A stretch of DNA of 64,000 nt from Podarcis filfolensis (lineage: Eukaryota): the NCBI GenBank assembly GCA_964270895.1, contig OZ185437.1; one strand, 5' to 3'. Below are positions 23,101 through 35,100 of the stretch, piece by piece (the stretch's first letter is position 1; each line of letters opens with the position of its first letter). The position numbers and the translations under genes are program-made. Below the pieces are notes generated by a model. The model saw only the letters and a list, made by a program, of their open reading frames with translations, was not told where the DNA came from and made no database searches.

Positions 23101-26100
23101 CTTCTGATACAGATTTAGGAGGGCACAGGGCACTGAAGGATTGAAAATTAACAACCTGAAAAAACCGTTCTGGGTGGTATCTAATGATGATGATAAAAGA
23201 TAATCCTAAATGCAAAGGTATCAGTTTTCTTAAAAGCCATTAACAACATGCTACGATTTGATGAAATTGGTATATTTCTGGTTTTATAGCTGTTCTAAAG
23301 AGTTGAAGTTAAAATGCTGTGTTTCTGATCCTTGTGTTAACTATTAACTGAATAGTCATTTCGTATTTTGAGTCTCCTGTACCTTTCTCATATAAACAGG
23401 AGTTGATCTTCTGGTGGACCAGCCATTTTCCCTTGAAACATTAACATCTTTAGTAGAGCTGACTCGCTTTGAGACTTTGACACCCCGATTTTCTGCCACT
23501 GTTCCTCCATGTTGGGTAGAGGTTCAGCAGGAACAGCAGCAAAGGCGGCACCCGCAACACTTGCACCAGCAGCATCATGGAGATGCAGCTCAGCATACTC
23601 GGACTTGGAAATTACAAACAGATAGGTAAAATAAGAAATGATATAAATCATGGCTGTACCAAAGGATTTTTTCATTGAACATTGGATCTCCCTGATGCAG
23701 AGGCCATATGTGAAAGGATCCTATGCATGAGGCAGGCTTCCAGTTAAATCACTCGGGAAACCCTTCATTTCAGATGTGGAATTTACCTTCAATTGTTGCT
23801 TTAGCTAGTCTCTTCAAATATGGTTCATATTGTAAATGTCAGTCATAAGTTGTAAGCTGCTTTGGGCACAATATTGTGGAAAAGCAGCATGCATTTAAGC
23901 AGATGCTCCTATAAGGGTACAGCCCAAACATTCATTGCTTCTGTAGAGCAGTAATATGTACAAAAGCAAAATAGAGCTGTTTATTTTTCTCTTATTATGT
24001 GCACATTTAATTCCTGATTTTCCTCCCTTCTCCCTTTGTAGCAACAGCTGGGATGAACATGTTTTTGAATTGGTCTTGCCAAAAGCCTGTATGGTTGGAC
24101 ATGTGAACTTCAAATTTGTTTTGAATTCAAACATCACAAACATTCCACAGATTCAAGTGACTTTATTGAAAAACAAAGCTCCAGGCTTGGGGAAAGTCAG
24201 TGGTAAGCCAAGAGTGGATGAATACCTTGCTTAATTTATTAATACTTAGGGATTTAAAGGTAGCACTGCTAAAAGATGATTCAACTGCCAAAGCACTTTT
24301 GAGTGGTATCCAATGAAGCAGTTTTGTTAATTCAAAGACTCTGGCTGTGCAGTGAAACATCCCCCCTCCTCTGTTTGTGCACTCAGTGCACCCTCCCCAG
24401 ATATTCTTTGGAGGGTTGGGGAAGCCCCCCAATAACAAATTTAGGGGGCCCACAGAGAAAGGAGTGAGAGGGAATTTTATATTTCACAGCCAGAAGTCCT
24501 TATGGTAACAGAACTACCCTTTGTTCCTCCTGTGCACATAAGATGGTCTCAGGTGGTTGTAAGTTCCTGCTTGACTCAAGCTGTTGCTGAAGCCAGTTCT
24601 TGTTACCGTTGCTGATTTATCAACTGCTTGAGTCAGGCATAAACTTTAAAATGACCTCTGGCCACCTTTACATGCAAGAGAAATTCCTTTCAGGTAAGAC
24701 CGATGGTCCCTTCTCCTATTAAAATCAGTCATTATGTTTAAAGAAAGGTTGGGTTGCTGATCGTCATACATTAATTCCATTGATGGAACAAAACTTAATG
24801 GTAAGCAACCTTAGTGGGCAGCAGTGTCCACCACACTGGCAATAGAGTATACATCTCTTTTACCCTGTCAGGGGAGTGGGGAAAATGATGATGCAGTATT
24901 GTGTGCTGCTCTGAATATATTTCTCTTATTTGACATAAGTTGGGGTTTTTTTAAAAAAAAAAAAAGCTTCTGGCTTTTTACCTTAATGCCATGATGCAAA
25001 AGGTTACAGTAGTGTGGTTATTTATCTCTTGTCAGGTTAAGCCTTCAAAATAATTCCTCCCTGCAAGCCAGACATCCCTTATATTACCGTAAAGGCAACA
25101 GAGATAAATTTGTTAGTACCATTTTCTTACTGCTGGACGTCATTTGCACACTTATGTATCTCCTGGATAACCTCTGAAGAATTCTAAAGAGAGAAATGGC
25201 TACACATACGTTAATTGTTAAGAGTCTAAGTTGGTATAGTCTCACTTAGAAGTATCTGCGAGTGAATGGACAATAACTGAAGGCAGCAGTAGTGGGGAAC
25301 GTTGCCTGAGTATATATTAGAACCTAAATTTTAGTGGTAGTGCTGAAAGGATTTAACACTTTTTCTCCATCAGTGCAGAGAGCAGCTATCTAAAGGTTTA
25401 ATATTGATTTTGAAACAGTTGAGTCTGCCTAGGAATTAGAAGGCCTCTAACAATGAATATATTTCAAAATACAGTTGCCTCTTGGTATAGTTGTTATGAA
25501 GTTGGTGTTAAATTGTATTCCAAAAGAAATTCCAAGTAGAATCAATAAACAGGAATGTTAAGGCTTTAAGCAAAACTATAGTTGTGAGTCCTGTTTTTAA
25601 AATGTCTTTGATTCTTCAGAAGCAGCTGTAGATAGACAGATAGCTTTCCCTCTGTCACCAGCTCATAATATTGAAATTGAAAGGAATGGAAAACAAGGAC
25701 TGGATGATTTGAATGAAGAAATGCAGAATATGGATGTGGAGGAGACACAATGTAAGTTACATACAGTGCCCATTTTAAATGTATTTGCCATGTACAGGTT
25801 GGGTGAATGTATTCTGTAAGTTTTAGAATCAATTCTCATTAATTGGAACTTGTAAAATGCTGACACTACTCTCTTTATATCTGTTGGCTTTTTATCTCCC
25901 TTTGTTGATGTATCAGAGTAACCCATTTGTTAGACAAATACTATTAATAACCAGAAGGAACAGCACAGGAAAAGAGCAGAAAACATCATAATCCTTACAG
26001 ATAATCAAAAGTATCCCTAAAAAGAAACATAATATCTAAAACACAACACATCTAAAAATAATGACAGCATTATAGAAAACAATGTCAACAGACTGAAGTA

Positions 26101-29100
26101 ATACATTTGTAAAAGTAGATAGCAAAAATAGTGCATTAAAAGACCAACAGTAGAAAAGTACTAACATAATAAACAAACAAACAAACAAGGCCTGTTACAG
26201 TTCCTGTGAAAAACTTTGGATGTATAATTACATCCTTCCCTACAGACCCTAGAGACAAGGCCCCTTCCCTGTGGAGAGTTGACCTATACGCATGGATATC
26301 TGGGCAAGGACTACATGGAGCAAGTCAACATAAGGGGAATAGTGCTGATAGATGTGGCTCAACTCATTGTTCTTGTGTTGATGTACATGGGAACCAAAAA
26401 CACCTGCATAAGTGTGTTGAAAGCAAGTAGATGGGGAGGTTTCTAAAATCTCTCAGGTTTCAAAGTCCAGGGTAAAGAGAAATATATAAGAAAATATAAA
26501 GAATTTTACTTTTCAGTTGTCAACCAGATGTTCTGAAATTCAGCTGAAGCCAGTCCCTTCCTCTTTTCAACTTCCTATTTTGTACACTTTTTATTCTATT
26601 GAATATAATCTGTTTTTAACTGATTTTAATATTTAAATTGTTGTAACTCACACTAGGAACTCATGGCGAAGGGTAGATAAGAAATACAATGATGACAACA
26701 ATGAGAATATTAATAATTGATACATATCTGGGATTTTGAGATCGTAATGCACTACAGGAAAACACAGTGGCCTGGTTCAGTGACCATGGTTTTCTATTAT
26801 GAGAGCATGCTGTAGCAAAGCTTAAGCTTATGCATTCCACCACCCTCTCTCTTCCATGTATAAGGGGAGGAGATTGAAAGCTGAATATGTAATATATACT
26901 GCCAGCCCCCATTATATCTGAATCAAAAACTATAGTTTATTGTAAACTGTGGTTTGTTAATAAATCAGAATATCAAACCCTGATTTTATTCTTATTTGTT
27001 TTAATTAACTACAGGTAGAATGCATAACAGTACCATGAGTTCTGATGTAATGGGAAGCTATTGCTACTGCAAACAGTTTAAAGTTCTATGTTTCTTCTTG
27101 TGCATGAGTCCAAGGCTTACACCAGTGCATTCTGTAATTGGAAATCATAGTTCCTCATTATGTCTGAACCAGGTTATTATTTAGCTAATAATTAAGTGTC
27201 ATTAACCTTTTTGAACAAGTTGTGTATTCTTTTGAATAGACACCTTATTTTTGAACTTTTTTTCCCCCCAAAAGGCCCCCGGCTGTGTCCCTTTTTAGAG
27301 GATCATAAAGAAGATATTTTGTGTGGTCCTGTATGGTTGGCTACTGGTCTTGATCTATCAGGGCATGCTGGAATGTTGACACTAACAAGTCCAAAGCTTG
27401 TTAAAGGTAATTTTTTTGCTGGAATATTTTGGAATGAAACTGAAAAATGTGAGTTTTCTGGAAATTAACAGATAATCCCCAGTAACCGTTAGAATCGAAG
27501 ACTAATTGTCTCTTCATTTCTGGGAAAAACCTTTAACAAAGTGTTAATTGGTACCTGCTAGGAAAATATACGTGTAAAATAAGTCTTAAAGAGTTTGTTG
27601 ATTATGCTTATAGTCTATTTGTCTTATTCTAGGTATGGCAGGTGGAAAATACCGTTCTTTTTTAATTCATGTGAAAGCAGTGAATGACAGAGGAACAGAA
27701 GAGATCTGCAATGGTGGAATCTGGCCTGTTGTAAGGATACCATCTCTAAAACCTCAGAATAGCAAGGGTCATTCACTTGCCTCACTTCTGGCAAAAGTTG
27801 CAGCAGGCAAGGTATTTAAATAACATATAGAGAAAGCATGGTCAAAAAACTGCTGCTGCTGCTCAACCAGCCAGTTGCTGAAAGCCCATCTGTTAGAACT
27901 GAAGCATCAACTGTGTAATTTATATTTAAGCTAACATAGAGGTGGTAAGAGTAAAATGTGGAACCTTTAGAATTCTGTAGGTGGGTAGAATCCACATATG
28001 GAATTCAGAAAATGTGTGTTGTTTTGTTCAATGTTCCCCTGGATGGGGGAGTAAGGTGCCGTTGTGGTCTAAACTACAGAGCCTCTTGAGCTTGCTGATC
28101 GGAAGGTCAGCTGTTCAAATCTGCCCAACAGAGTGAGCTCCCGTTGCTCTGTCCCAACTTCTGCCAGCCTAGCAGTTTGAAAGAACGCCAGTGCAAGTAG
28201 ATAAATGGGTACCGCTGCAGCGGTAAGGTAAACTGCATTTCCGTGCGCTCTGGTTTCCCTCACGGTGTTCCGTTGCGCCAGAAGTGGTTTAGTCATGCTG
28301 GCCACATGACCTGGAAAGCTGTCTGTGGACAAACACTGGTTCCCTTGGCCTGAAGCGAGATGAGCGCCACACCCCATAGTCACCTTTGACTGGATTTTAC
28401 CATCGAGGGATCCTTTACCTTACCACCCACCCACCACCCACTTCACATACTGTTATTTATCTGCAAACAAAAAAGAATCAACAGTATTTGCAGATTTGAT
28501 GCTATTGGCTATGATTGTAGTTGATGTAGCCAAACTTAACAATTCATGGAATAATAATAATAATAATAATATAATTATAATTTATTTTTACCCCGCCCAT
28601 CTGGCTGGATCTCCCCATGTGCTTGGAGAGAAACGTGGGTTGTTTTGAAGGAAGTTTATGGAACCCTCACACTGACCCGCCAATTCATTCCTGCCTTCGC
28701 TTGAATCAGACATTAGAGAGTGCCTAATTCCTTTGCAGGCAAGGTTCAAGAGGAGAGATGCTAGTGGTAGGAGGGATGTGACAGCTACCTCTGCACAGTA
28801 GGCTCCATTCTAACCAGAGATTTTTATATATAGGTCTCCCCCCATTTATGCAGGGATTACAGTCTGGCCCCCTGTGCACATCAGTGAAATCATTTAAAGT
28901 AGAAATCTGTCATGCTCTCTTCAATCCATACTAAAAATATTGTATCCCAAAATATCCACAATGAGAATTAATGTTCTGGGGCAGGCAGGAGGCTGGAGGA
29001 CATGTGGGAAAGCGGCTGCACATCAGCTGTTAGGTGGGGAGGCTGAGCAATGTTAATAAAGCCCTGCTGCACCTCCCGTGTCTTCGGGCTTCCTCTGACG

Positions 29101-32100
29101 TCACTGACATCTTTTTTGGGTTCCTGGGAGGGTCTCCTCGCAAGCTACAAGGACTCTGCAACTCTCCCCTGCCATTTCTGGGTTTGAATTTCCTGGTGCT
29201 ACACATATACACGGTTGCACGAGAGTCAGTCACGCATATGTGGGAGCGCACCCGTACACACAAACGCCTTTCTATCTTTCATCCATGCAAGAGGCATTAT
29301 CACAATTGAAGCAGAAGTTCTAGCCAGACAAATGCATTCAAGTAGGGCCATTGAGGAATGTGGTGATGGTGGGGGCATGGGTGGTAAGAATCCCAAGGAC
29401 CCCAAGCCTGAGGTTCCTTATCTGTGGTGTATAATGACTTCAGTAAATATTATTTTATATTTTTTGAAACCTCTCCCTCGGTATAGCTGTTAAAAGGAAG
29501 CTGCAAACTAAATAAATAGACACAGATCTGAACTTGATTTCTGGCATTAGAACTTTATACTTCCATTCTGTCAAGAAAATAATTACATTGTTTTAAAAAA
29601 TGGCCATTTTAATGTTTGTAAAGCATGTGATTTTGGTTTTAATAACTGCCATTGTTTTTATATGAATTTCCCAATTAGGAGTAGGGGAAAAATGATTGTG
29701 AGCATGTGGAATATTACTTTTGAAATGTCTGTGGTTCTTTTATATATTTTTAAAAATTATAGGACAAGTCCTCTAATAAAACAGAAGTCAGCAATTCATC
29801 ACGGAAATCTGACAACCTCCGTGGGTGCGACTTGCTTCAAGAAGTTTCTGTAACAATTAGAAGATTTAAAAAAACATCTGTTTCAAAGGAAAGGTGAGTT
29901 TGATATTTAGGGATTCAACCTTTTTATACAGTGATATGTGTTAAAAATTCTTTTTCAAAAGAATTCTGTTAATTTTTCTCATTTTTATGCTGATTCAAAT
30001 AAGAATTCACAAAACTGTAAGTCCAAACTCCATTCTGTAAAAGCAGAGAAGCTTTTCAGTTATATGTTGTATTGTTTCAGTGCAAGTGTGCATTGGAATG
30101 GCTTGTTAGAAAAATAAAATGTTTCAGAAAATGGGCCTTTGCCATTTCTGTCACTGTTAGTGCACAGACCTGGGTTCTTGCTCCTCTCCCTGCCATATGG
30201 ACTATACATAGCCACCAGGACATCTGGCCATAGCTGCCTTATGCTTATGTAGTCAGGGCAACTCTACAGTAGCTCTTAGAGTAACTTTTTTTTTTTTTTT
30301 TTTTTTGCCTAAAGCAGTTGTGCTTTGTAAATTCAAGAGGTAAACTTCTAGGCTTCTGTAAGGGGAGCTAAAGAGAAGGAAACGAAAACAAAATAAAACC
30401 CTGTGTGTTTTCGTTTCCTTAGGCTTAGGGAATGGACCTGAGCATTGTAATCTTAAAATAATGACCTTTAATGTCAGCAACTTTCACTTCAGTGGTTTAC
30501 ATCTGTGGCTTGTCTTTCTCTCCCTCCACAGAGTTCAGCGGTGTGCTATGTTGCAGTTTTCAGAATTCCATGAAAGACTTCTGAACACCCTCTGCAAAAA
30601 GGCGGAAGATGGAGTTGTGACGGAGCATGCTCAAAGTCTTGTGTTAGATATCTTATGTTGGCTGGCAGGAGTTCAGTCTAATGGACCGGGCAGGTAGAAG
30701 AACTTCACTTTTGTCTTAGGAAACATTTTAAATTGCAAGTGTTTTGGTTTAAAGTTTGTTTTGCTTTGGTTTTTTTTTCAGTTCAAAAGAAGCAAATGAG
30801 AGCTTACTGTCTAAAGCAAGGATGTGTCTCTTTGATATAGTGCGTGTGTGCTTCTTTGAAGCAGGTCGAAGCATAGCACACAAATGTGCACGTTTTCTAG
30901 CTCTTTGCATAAGGTTGGTAATACGACTTTTGTTTGCATACTTTCTCTATATTAATGATTCTAATTATGCCCCTTAATAGAACTGGAAAGTAGAATTTTC
31001 TTTGGTTCTCTACAGAACCTCTCCTGCCCTGAGAAACACATTTATGCAATAACATCCATAGAATCCATAGCAGTATGTGCTCTGTATTAAAGCAAAATAA
31101 TAAAATGAAATTTATATTTTTGTAGCAATGGGAAATTTGAGCCAAGTCAACAAGGATTTGGCTCGATCCTTCTGAAGGCTTTGCTTGGCAATATATCTTA
31201 TTTACCTGCAGCTGCAACTGGAGGTGAGCTTCATTTATTATTTTTGTGCATGCATACTTTGTCATTTTTTGGGATTAAGTTTTTACCTGGTGGGCTTAGT
31301 TTCTGGATCTAATTCCATGTTTTATTCCCCCTCTTTAATAAGCTGCCAGTTCATGCAGGCAATAACATCAACTTTAGCACTGTGTTCCAGGCTTCTTGTC
31401 CGTATGCAGCATCTGTATGCTAATTTAGGCTCCAATTATTAAGTAGTTAAAACCTAACTATACACTCACGATTTGTTATGACCTCATGGGATGCTCTCTG
31501 AAGACAAACATCAAATATTTGCAAGCTAAAGAAAACCTTATATAACAGAGAATATTTTATTTGCTAACCTAATCATTGATCATTTTTCCATAAACATATG
31601 TTTAAACGCAGTTTTGGTTGTGAAGATGGAGATGATGATGATGATGATTAGTTACTAAACTTGATTGTTGGTGGGTTTCTCCCTCTAGGATCTGTCTATT
31701 GGTATTTTGTATTGTTGAACTATGTAAAGGATGAAGACTTAGCTGGCTGCAGTACAGCTTGTGCATCCCTGCTAACTGCAGTGTCCAGACAGTTACAGGA
31801 CCGGTTAACACCCATGGAAGCGTTACTGCAGACAAGGTAGCTGAAAGTATCTGTATACCAAGCACGTTTTGAAAAAATGAACATGTTAATAGCTCTTGTT
31901 TTATTTTTCATTGCTCTATTTTCAGTGTGTGTGTAAATGTGCTTGTCCTTGTGCTATTTTTCTTCTTCCCACTTCAGTAACAGGAGTGTGGATTTTCCCT
32001 TTGTCAGGATCAGGGCTATATTCTACAATTCTATGATTCTATGAACAAGCCTTTTCACTAATCCATAGCACAAAAATATCAACAAAAGGCATTAGTATAT

Positions 32101-35100
32101 ATGTTAAATTGATCACAGTAGCAGCTTTTAAAGTAAGGGTGACATCTTAGCATTGTATCAGCCCTCCTGCCACATCCCTCCCAATCTTCTGAGAGCCAGT
32201 GTGGTGTAGTGGTTAAGAGCAGTAGCCTTGTAATCTGGGGAACCGGGTTCGCGTCTCCACTCCTCCACATGCAGCTGCTGGGTGACCTTGGGCTAGTCAC
32301 ACTTCAAAGAAGTCTCTCAGCCCCACTCACCTCACAGAGTGTTTGTTGTGAGGGAGGGAGGGAAAGGAGAATGTTAGCCGCTTTGAGACTCCTTCGGGTA
32401 GTGATAAAATGGGAAATCAAATCCAAACTTTTCTTTTTCTTTGGAGATTTTGGGTGGTATGTAGGAAACAACAGAGCGAGGAGAGGAAGGCAATTGATAG
32501 CATACATTCTTCTGCTAACTTGCCTTAAGTTGTGTTTTCTAGGCATCTTCATCAGTAGTGTTTGCAGTTTGGTTCACAGAGTAGGTGGAATGGGGCAGAG
32601 AGAGCAATGGAACCAGGAAACAGAATCAGATATTCTCTAAACTTATCAGCACATGGTTTCAGTTGGGAACAAGTCTAAGGGGTTAATACAGTAGGTGCTA
32701 ATATGTAATAATCTCTTTGGGGTGTTTCATGAGAAGCAATTCAGAAATGAAATAAAAAAAATATTAATAGCAGCAACATAATCAAGAGAGATGCTGCCTC
32801 CTCTTGGGCAAAATTAACAAGAATCTGCTGACAGATTGAAGGAGCAGCGGCATTGTATTATGGAAGCTCTGCTCCCTTATATTTCAAAGCAATAAACATG
32901 CCTCATAATTTTTGTTTGCACCACTATGGTTCTGTGAAACATTTTAACTGATGCAATGAACCAATTAGTCCCTTATTTCCTGAAACAACAATCTGGAAGA
33001 TGTGGAAGAAATCCAGTACTCAACTGTGATCCAGTTTGGAAGTCCTATGAACTTTAAGTTTGTCAGTTATATCCCATAAATCAAATATGCACTTTTTCAC
33101 ATCAGTTAAGAGGCCGAGTTGTCTTTCTCTTTCCAGATATGGATTGTATAGTTCGCCTTTTGATCCGGTGCTCTTCGATTTGGAAATGAGTGGCTCTTCT
33201 TGTAAGAATATCTATAACAGCAGCATTGGTGTACAGTCAGATGAGATTGACTTATCTGATGTTCTCTCAGGTACGCACATAGATCAGATGGTACTATCTG
33301 CTTCTAATATAGCTGGGAGATCTTCAAAATCAATGTTGTACTCTTTTGCAATAACTTCTTTACATTTACATAACCTTCCTTGTGCAGTGTTGTAACTGAA
33401 CAGAAGGAGGGGAAGGCATGGGCATGAAAATAAAAATGAGTGCAAAGTGGGGCTGCAAAAGAGAAGAGAAGTTGCGAAGCCGAAAATAGTTTAGTAGTTG
33501 AATGGGGTTAATATGGGGGAAATGGCAGTGGGTTAGCAAGTGCAGCCCCTAGTGTTCTCATATTTGTGCCAAATGGCCAGTTTTACTTAATAATTCAAAT
33601 GTATAACCTCTGGTAGTTGACTATTTTTCAAAGAATGTTCCTTCAAGATACCTAAATAGGTAGATCAAATTCTTGCTTTTATCACGTTGGTTTTTAATGA
33701 CTTGGATACAAAGATGGCCTTGCATGAGCAGAATGTACTCCAGCTCATATAAGGATGTTTTTTGTTGGTTGCCGATTTTCATTCAATTTCTCCCTTCCTG
33801 CTTGGGACTTCTGTGCCATGTCCTGCAGCATTCTGAAGGGCCCCTCTGCTCTCAGGAGCAATTTTGCACAAGGAAAGGAAGTCCAGAAAAGCCTGATTTT
33901 TTGAGTGCAAGTCCACACATGGTCGTTAGGGTCCTATCCAAGTTTGTAGAATTTTACTTTGCATGCTTGAAGGGGGAAACATCTGGAATCTCGTTAACTT
34001 GAGCCTAGTATACTGGATGTCGGCATCAGACAGGATATGGGGCAACACATTGAATGCTACAACACTGAATAACTTTCCATGTGCATTTGTTGGGGTGTCC
34101 ATAGCCCATATTGATTACTACGGTCTTATTTCTAGTAATTTCGAAAGTAAATTAAACAATAATTGCTTTTTTAATTCAGGAAATGGAAAGATCAGTAGCT
34201 GTGCAGCAGCTGAAGGTAGTTTTACTTCCCTCACTGGTCTCCTGGAAGTTGAACCTCTGCACTTTACTTGCGTCTCGACTAGTGATGGAACAAGAATAGA
34301 AAGGGACGATGCAAGTACGTTTACTGGTATATACATTTTATTACTATTTTCTTAACCAGCCACACTAGACCGATAAGAAGATCCCTAGAATGCAGTGGTT
34401 AACTTGAGCCCTCACTTCAGTTTTTAAAACCAGACCAAAGTGTATGTGATGAGAAAAATGTGTGTATTTGGGTATATCAGTATTTTAATTTCCCTGCTTG
34501 CTTTTGCAAACTTAATTTTGAAAAAAAGCTGCATAAAATGGTAAATCTTGTGATGAAAAGTAAATGTTCTCTGGCGACTGGCTTTTTTCCCCCCTTTCTT
34601 TTTTTCTTTCGAGCTTGCTTTCATTTTTAGTATTTATACTACTGGAATGCATATTTAGAAGAATGCTTGGTGTGCTGCTTTTCTACATACATGTTTTTTT
34701 GTTTCTTTGTTTCATGCCAGTGAGTACCTTCGGGGTTACCCCAGCAGTTGGTGGCCTCTCATCTGGGACAGTTGGGGAAGCCTCGACAGCACTGAGTTCA
34801 GCGGCCCAGGTAGCTTTGCAGTCTCTCTCTCATGCAATGGCCTCAGCCGAGCAACAGCTCCAAGTGCTTCAAGAGAAACAGCAGCAGCTTTTGAAGCTTC
34901 AGCAACAGGTTGGAGGCCATCTCTTTCATGATGTCTCTAAACTTCAAAAGCTGAGAGAGTAGTTACCATAGTTACAAAAAGTCTCTCTCTTAAAAAAAAA
35001 AATCAAAAATTTTCAGCAAGAGTACATCTCCAGAGGATAGCTTAGAAGCCACTTCAAATCAGTACAAAAATACAAAGTGCACATGAGTTGTTCTTGAATC

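Noticed and set aside
29679-29700. ccaattag|GAG as the exon 17 acceptor
   Set aside because: The second codon is TAG; the homologous exon starts at 29763
34440-34600. Two GTGATGA (C-box) motifs as a C/D snoRNA
   Set aside because: No matching CTGA D box or terminal stem at a plausible distance
34631-34669. 39-nt microexon ending TTG|gtgtgc
   Set aside because: It would leave a 51-nt intron, below the usual vertebrate minimum; kept only as an alternative-acceptor hypothesis
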